Below, piece by piece: positions 59,009 through 64,000 of a stretch of 64,000 nt of DNA. The stretch comes from an uncultured Alphaproteobacteria bacterium (GTDB taxonomy: Bacteria > Pseudomonadota > Alphaproteobacteria > RF32 > CAG-239): the NCBI GenBank assembly GCA_944391315.1, contig CALXTD010000001.1, positions 14,888 to 78,887 of the forward strand, written 5' to 3'. The translations under genes were made by a program, and so were the position numbers. Within the stretch, counting starts at the first letter, position 1. Each line of letters starts with the position of its first letter. Under the pieces are notes generated by a model. It searched no databases, had not been told where the DNA came from, and was given only the letters and a program-made list of their open reading frames with translations.

Positions 59009-59212
59009 ATGAAAGATGGTTTATTTGGCATTAAAAAGAGCAATAGAAGTTTGCGCCCTTATGCTCACAGAGCGGGAACAGATAATCCTGAAAAAATCTA
59101 TGAATGGTTGGATAGTATTTTTGAAGGGAGAAGTAATTCCATATCTTGTTTAACCGAAGAAATTGTCTGGAAGGGACACGATAAGGTACTCAAATCCATC
59201 GTTGACGGTTGA
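59009..59212 (+). CDS. Small hypothetical ORF, in frame with the next ORF and separated from it by one TGA
   Basis: See findings; may be the 5' part of a disrupted gene. Confidence 0.35.
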   Translation: MKDGLFGIKKSNRSLRPYAHRAGTDNPEKIYEWLDSIFEGRSNSISCLTEEIVWKGHDKVLKSIVDG

Positions 59213-59215
59213 GAT

Positions 59216-59779
59216 TTGTTTTCTTTTGATTTGGAGCGGTTAGTCAAAGATGGTGTTGTTACGGCAATTTGGTGTAAGCAAGGGTCTGATGCCGGAGGAT
59301 ATAATGAAAAATTTGAAAAAGTTGCACTCGATGATATTGATTATTCTCCGCTGACATGGGAAAAGTGTGATGCCTCAAAAGACTTGTTATTTGGGGTTGT
59401 AAGACACTATCTGTACCAACAGTTGACTAAACGCTATGGAAAATTGCTTTTTTGGCTGGAGCAAGTTCCGGTGTATTGTCCATTGTCGCAAGCTCAAAAG
59501 ATTTTGCAAGAAGCATCGGGGCTGGTGGAATTAAGACGTGTTACGACTTATTATGATTCTGACTATTCTCCGGCAGTTTTGCGTCCGACGATTGCTGATG
59601 CGATTATCCAATGTCCGAAAGATATTTTGGATCAAGTTGTGGCCTTTGAATTTGTGGCGCCGTCAAGAGATACCAAAGACTATTATGACAAGGTGCTGGG
59701 TATGCATGTGTTGACAACCGTGTATTATGCCGGTGTTGTTCCGCAAGAAATTGCTGCACAAAAAGTGTCGTTGTACTAA
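59216..59779 (+). CDS. Hypothetical protein (TTG start), possibly the 3' part of a gene interrupted by an in-frame TGA
   Basis: 187-aa ORF in the same frame as 59009-59212. Confidence 0.45.
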   Translation: MFSFDLERLVKDGVVTAIWCKQGSDAGGYNEKFEKVALDDIDYSPLTWEKCDASKDLLFGVVRHYLYQQLTKRYGKLLFWLEQVPVYCPLSQAQKILQEASGLVELRRVTTYYDSDYSPAVLRPTIADAIIQCPKDILDQVVAFEFVAPSRDTKDYYDKVLGMHVLTTVYYAGVVPQEIAAQKVSLY

Positions 59780-59881
59780 AGTTATCAGAGCTTGAAATCC
59801 TTGCTTTCAAGGTTCAGGCTCTTTTTTGTCTTGACAGTGCTCGGTGATGATTTAAACTGTTTTCCGATAAAAGGAGGCATT

Positions 59882-60322
59882 ATGAAGGTTGTTATTTTAG
59901 CTATCGGAAAGTGCAAGCGAAACTCGCCGGAGTTTGCGCTGATTGCCGAGTATGTTAAGCGCTGCTCTTGGGAGATTATCATTAAAGAAAAAGATAATTC
60001 AACGCAAAGCGACGAAGCCAAGTTTTTAATTGAAAATATTCCTCATGGTGCCAAAGTCGTGGTGCTGGATGAGCGCGGAGTTAATATCAAAAGTACCGAA
60101 TTCGCCGCTAAAATTCAGGATTGGATGCTTGACGGTGTTTCTGAAATTTGTTTTCTTATCGGCGGAGCAGATGGGCATTTGCCTTCAACTCGTGAACGTG
60201 CCGACCTTATTCTTTCCTTTGGCAAACTGACGTTGCCGCATATGCTTATGCGGGCGGTTTTGACCGAGCAAATTTATCGCGCCTCAACTATCCTCAATCA
60301 TCATCCGTATCACCGCGAATGA
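59882..60322 (+). CDS. rlmH: 23S rRNA (pseudouridine1915-N3)-methyltransferase RlmH
   Basis: SPOUT fold, ~150 aa, GGADG motif (FLIGGADG); RBS aaaggagg. Confidence 0.85.
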   Translation: MKVVILAIGKCKRNSPEFALIAEYVKRCSWEIIIKEKDNSTQSDEAKFLIENIPHGAKVVVLDERGVNIKSTEFAAKIQDWMLDGVSEICFLIGGADGHLPSTRERADLILSFGKLTLPHMLMRAVLTEQIYRASTILNHHPYHRE

Positions 60323-60324
60323 GT

Positions 60325-62319
60325 TTATAAGTTCTTCATCGCCAGTTTTTCAAGTTCTTTAATTTTATCACGATAAATGACGGCTTCTTCAAACTCAAGA
60401 TTGGCGGCGGCGTCTTTCATCTTCTTGGTATATTCTTTGAGTTTTTTCTCAATATTTTTGACATCAGCAATTTCTTGTTTTTGCATTTTATCATCCTGAA
60501 CGTAATCGCTTTCGGTCATTTCGGTCAGGGTGTTGGATATGCTCTTTTTAATTGTCTTTGGCGTGATGCCGTGTTCGGCGTTATACTGCTGTTGTTTTTT
60601 GCGGCGTCTTTCGGTTTCTTCCAGCGCTTCTTTCATTGAACCGGTTATTTTGTCGGCGTATAGAATCACTCGGCCTTCCGCATTTCGGGCGGCGCGGCCA
60701 ATCGTTTGTATCAATGAGCGTGTCGAACGCAAAAAGCCTTCCTTATCGGCGTCTAATATCGCAACCAGCGAACATTCCGGAATATCCAAGCCTTCTCTTA
60801 ACAAGTTAATACCGACCAAAACATCAAAAACACCTAGTCGTAAATCGCGGATAATTTCTATTCTCTCCAACGTATCAATATCCGAATGCAAATAGCGAAC
60901 TTTTACACCGTTATCATGCAGGTATTCGGTCAAGTCCTCAGCCATTTTCTTGGTCAAAGTTGTGACCAAAACGCGCTCGCCTTTGGCTGCCGTTTTGCGA
61001 CATTCTTCCATTAAGTCATCAATCTGATTTTCAACAGGACGGACAATACACAGCGGATCGGCCAAGCCGGTCGGGCGAATAACCTGTTCGGTAAATGTGC
61101 CTTTGCTTTGTTCTAGTTCCCAGTCTCCGGGGGTGGCTGAGACAAAAATGCTTTGCCCCCTCATTTTATCCCATTCGGCAAATTTCAGCGGGCGGTTGTC
61201 AACGCAAGACGGAAGTCTGAACCCATATTGCGCCAAGGTGCTTTTGCGATTGAAGTCGCCCTTAAACATTCCGCCAATTTGAGGAATCGAGATATGGCTC
61301 TCATCCACAAAGAGAATCGCATTTGGCGGCAGGTATTCAAACAAAGTTGGTGGTGGATCGCCGGCTTTTCGGCCGGTCAAGTAACGCGAATAGTTTTCAA
61401 TGCCTTTGCAATGGCCGGTGGTTTCAAGCATCTCTAGGTCAAAGCGGGTGCGTTGTTCTATTCTTTGTGCTTCAAGCAACTGATTGTTTTGTTTAAACTC
61501 GCTAACTCTTTCTTCTAGCTCTTTTCTGATGCCGACCATTGCTTGCGCCAAAGCCGGACGCGGTGTGACATAGTGATTGGCCGGATAAATCGTGACTTCA
61601 TCCAAATCTTGAAGTTTTTTTCCGGTTAGCGAATCAAACTCGCTGATTGCTTCAATCTCATCACCAAAAAAGGATATTCTCCACCCCTTATCTTCATAAT
61701 GCGCCGGAAAAATGTCCAGCACATCGCCATTTACGCGGAAGGTGGAACGTACGAAATTTTGCTGATTGCGTTCATACTGCAACTCAGTTAATCTCTTGTA
61801 TATTTCTTTAGGCTCGATTTGGTCGCCGACGGCCAAAGGAATCGTCATCGCGGCATAAGAATCAACATCGCCCAAGCCGTAAATGCAAGATACTGAGGCG
61901 ATGATAATTACGTCGTTGCATTCCAAAATATCGCGCGTGGCAGCGTTTCTCATGCGGTCGATTTGCTCATTTAAGGCAGAATCTTTTTCAATATAAGTAT
62001 CGGTTTTAGGAACATAGGCTTCCGGCTGGTAATAATCGTAGTAAGACACAAAATACTCAACATGGTTATTCGGAAAAAACTCTTTCATTTCCGAATAAAG
62101 TTGTGCCGCTAAAATCTTGTTTGGAGCCATTATCATGGCCGGTCTTTGGCTTTGCTCAATGATCTTAGCCATGGTAAAGGTTTTTCCAGAGCCTGTTACG
62201 CCAAGTAGGACTTGAGACCGTTCTCCTCGTTGTAATCCTTCGCAGATTTCTTTGATGGCTTGAGGTTGGTCTCCGGCCGGTTCATAGGGGCTTTCTATCT
62301 TGAATTCTTTTTTGTGCAT
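60325..62319 (-). CDS. uvrB: Excinuclease ABC subunit B
   Basis: [12 protein letters not shown] Walker A, DESH, beta-hairpin, C-terminal UVR domain. Confidence 0.95.
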   Translation of the reverse strand: MHKKEFKIESPYEPAGDQPQAIKEICEGLQRGERSQVLLGVTGSGKTFTMAKIIEQSQRPAMIMAPNKILAAQLYSEMKEFFPNNHVEYFVSYYDYYQPEAYVPKTDTYIEKDSALNEQIDRMRNAATRDILECNDVIIIASVSCIYGLGDVDSYAAMTIPLAVGDQIEPKEIYKRLTELQYERNQQNFVRSTFRVNGDVLDIFPAHYEDKGWRISFFGDEIEAISEFDSLTGKKLQDLDEVTIYPANHYVTPRPALAQAMVGIRKELEERVSEFKQNNQLLEAQRIEQRTRFDLEMLETTGHCKGIENYSRYLTGRKAGDPPPTLFEYLPPNAILFVDESHISIPQIGGMFKGDFNRKSTLAQYGFRLPSCVDNRPLKFAEWDKMRGQSIFVSATPGDWELEQSKGTFTEQVIRPTGLADPLCIVRPVENQIDDLMEECRKTAAKGERVLVTTLTKKMAEDLTEYLHDNGVKVRYLHSDIDTLERIEIIRDLRLGVFDVLVGINLLREGLDIPECSLVAILDADKEGFLRSTRSLIQTIGRAARNAEGRVILYADKITGSMKEALEETERRRKKQQQYNAEHGITPKTIKKSISNTLTEMTESDYVQDDKMQKQEIADVKNIEKKLKEYTKKMKDAAANLEFEEAVIYRDKIKELEKLAMKNL

Positions 62320-62320
62320 T

Positions 62321-64000
62321 TTATTTTATGGTTTCACTTAATGTGGCGCTCTTTAACGAATCGGTATATATCTTAGCAAAACTGCTGAAAGCGGCAATGT
62401 TGTTAATTGCTTTATCTATTTCTTTTAAGTCTATTTTATTGCTCTCAAAGCTGTCGGTCAAGACCTTAAATGCACTGCTGTAAGGTGTCTCCTTAAAGAA
62501 CGGCTCAAAGGTATTTTTTAAGCGTACGATTACCGTTTCTCTTCCGGCTTTTTTCAATGCGGTTGCCCAGTCTAAAACAAGTTGTGTTTGTTCTGCACTG
62601 AGTTTTTGACCCGGTTGCGGTTTTTCTATTAAATATTTTATGGTATCGGCAGCTTCGGCCCATTGACCATTGTCCCAGTAAATTTCGCTTTTCATCATAA
62701 GGCCGTTTTTACTGTAATCGTCCCTCAATAATTCAAGAGCAGCTTCCGGTTCTCCTAAAGCGGACAGTGCTTTGGCGCGTATTAAACGGCGGTGAGCGAC
62801 AATTGTCGGGGTTAAATCTTCATGCTCGGTCTGGTCCAAGATATTAAGTGCTTCTCCCGGTGATTCATTGAACAAGTTTATCAGAGCCATTCTGGTTCCT
62901 ACAACAGCTTTTTCCTGTGGGGTTAGGTTGCTTTTGGTATATTGTTCTGCCAGAATCTCATATGCTTGATCTAATAAATCAGCAGCAACTAATCTGTCGG
63001 CTAATTTGGGAATTATGTTGTTATAATATTTGCTTAACGGAGCCAACCAGCTGTAATCATTGTACAAAGCTAATGATTTTAGGCTGGCACTGCTGCTGTC
63101 TTGGTTGTTTATGTAAATGTTTTCAAAGATTTTTACCATTCTTTGTGTGACCAGATCTTCTTGCTCCGGGGCCACGATGCTTTTTAATGTTTGCAAGGTG
63201 CTTAGTGCTCTACCATAATCTTTGCCTTCCGCATAAGTTGTTGCAAGTGCATCTAAAACCTTCTCTTTAAATTTCTTTTCTTGCCATGCGTATCTTAGCT
63301 TTTCATATTCGGCAATAGCCTCTTTGTTTTTGGTGCTGCCGGCTCTTTTTTCTATCTCTAAGATATTATAACGGGCATAGGCAGAGTATTTCTCTGATGT
63401 TGTATTGGCCGTGTTGCGATATTCTCCGATGGCATTCAGCGGATAGCCAAGAATGTCAAGCTTTTTGGCCGTGTAATAGCTGATTAATGCGTTTTTATTG
63501 GTGACGTTGGTTGATGACCTGATGATGTCTATGTAATTTTGGAGGTTTAAGTCATCTTGCGCTAAAACGGCAGATTCAATTCCGGCTAAAGCTATTCTTC
63601 TTCTGATTTCGTTAGGGTATTCTTTTATCAGATAGTTATAGCTGCTTAGGATGATGTTATCTTCTGCTTTTGGTTTTTGTGCCGTTGAAATAAGGGCTCT
63701 CCAGAAGTTGGCTTCGTTTGAAGATACTAAATCTCCATAGGAAAATTCTTCAAGCGCAGCATCGTATCTTTTTAGCAAGAAGTTTGCTATGCCTTTTGCA
63801 ATGTGAAATTCTTCACTGAGAACGACAGGGCTTTTTTTCCCTTCTTGTTCTTGAAGTAGTTGTAGGGCATCGCTTCCTAAGCCTTTTGACAGGTAGTAGT
63901 AAGTCAAAAGCATTTCGGTTTTGGGTTTGTCTTTTTCTTTGGCAGAGGCTATGTCATTTAATAATGAGCTTTTGGCTGTATTAAAGTTTTCTGACAATAG
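62321..64000 (-). CDS. TPR-repeat protein; 5' end lies outside the window
   Basis: Long ORF running off the window edge; repeated TPR-like helical hairpins. Confidence 0.65.
   Translation of the reverse strand, partial: LLSENFNTAKSSLLNDIASAKEKDKPKTEMLLTYYYLSKGLGSDALQLLQEQEGKKSPVVLSEEFHIAKGIANFLLKRYDAALEEFSYGDLVSSNEANFWRALISTAQKPKAEDNIILSSYNYLIKEYPNEIRRRIALAGIESAVLAQDDLNLQNYIDIIRSSTNVTNKNALISYYTAKKLDILGYPLNAIGEYRNTANTTSEKYSAYARYNILEIEKRAGSTKNKEAIAEYEKLRYAWQEKKFKEKVLDALATTYAEGKDYGRALSTLQTLKSIVAPEQEDLVTQRMVKIFENIYINNQDSSSASLKSLALYNDYSWLAPLSKYYNNIIPKLADRLVAADLLDQAYEILAEQYTKSNLTPQEKAVVGTRMALINLFNESPGEALNILDQTEHEDLTPTIVAHRRLIRAKALSALGEPEAALELLRDDYSKNGLMMKSEIYWDNGQWAEAADTIKYLIEKPQPGQKLSAEQTQLVLDWATALKKAGRETVIVRLKNTFEPFFKETPYSSAFKVLTDSFESNKIDLKEIDKAINNIAAFSSFAKIYTDSLKSATLSETIK

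Overview
This 64-kb window looks like chromosomal DNA from a moderately AT-rich alphaproteobacterium. That call rests on gene content and order (ChvI/ChvG-type two-component pair, alpha-type S21, YebC-RuvC-RuvA-RuvB-YbgC...Pal-CpoB), not on any database search. Most of the window is housekeeping backbone: ppdK (3' part), xseA, an M23 peptidase, uppP, pepP/prmA, yebC, ruvCAB, ybgC, pal, cpoB, tilS, ftsH, glmM, uvrC, pgsA, a ChvI/ChvG-like pair, PPi-type pfk, rpsU, cysE, mnmA, a TrmH-family methyltransferase, rplU-rpmA-obg-rsfS, rlmH, uvrB, and two tRNAs (Gln-CUG, Leu-CAG). Several accessory or unusual elements are embedded in this backbone. (1) A ~3.4-kb very low-GC insertion right after tRNA-Gln carries one 1045-aa single-chain restriction-modification-like protein: an HsdR_N/Mrr-like N-terminus, gamma-class N6-adenine methyltransferase motifs DPSCGSGTFL and NPPY, and a long C-terminal domain. 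(2) A multigene family of secreted cysteine-rich proteins with C-terminal DUF1566 (Lcl-C-terminal-like) domains occupies two loci, 29.4-31.1 kb on the minus strand and 41.9-46.1 kb on the plus strand. The second locus has three tandem copies that share ~270-bp blocks at ~93% nucleotide identity and identical RBS and signal-peptide segments. (3) Three diverged tandem paralogs of an unknown protein family, each with its own promoter-like site and intrinsic terminator, sit between ybgC and pal where tolQRAB normally lies. (4) Several further orphan cassettes (promoter-like TTGACA-N17 site, ORF, hairpin terminator) are inserted between housekeeping operons, one of them between ruvC and ruvA; two of the orphan proteins carry HExxH zincin motifs. 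(5) A ~160-bp structured intergenic element occurs after ppdK (one copy) and after ftsH (two tandem copies). (6) A 21-bp direct repeat of the tRNA-Leu 3' end lies 176 bp downstream of that tRNA. (7) A ~320-bp C-depleted, G/A-rich tract follows rpsU. (8) Two diverged inverted paralogous ArsB/NhaD-type permease genes flank a 4.4-kb housekeeping block. No CRISPR array, rRNA, integrase or transposase was seen.
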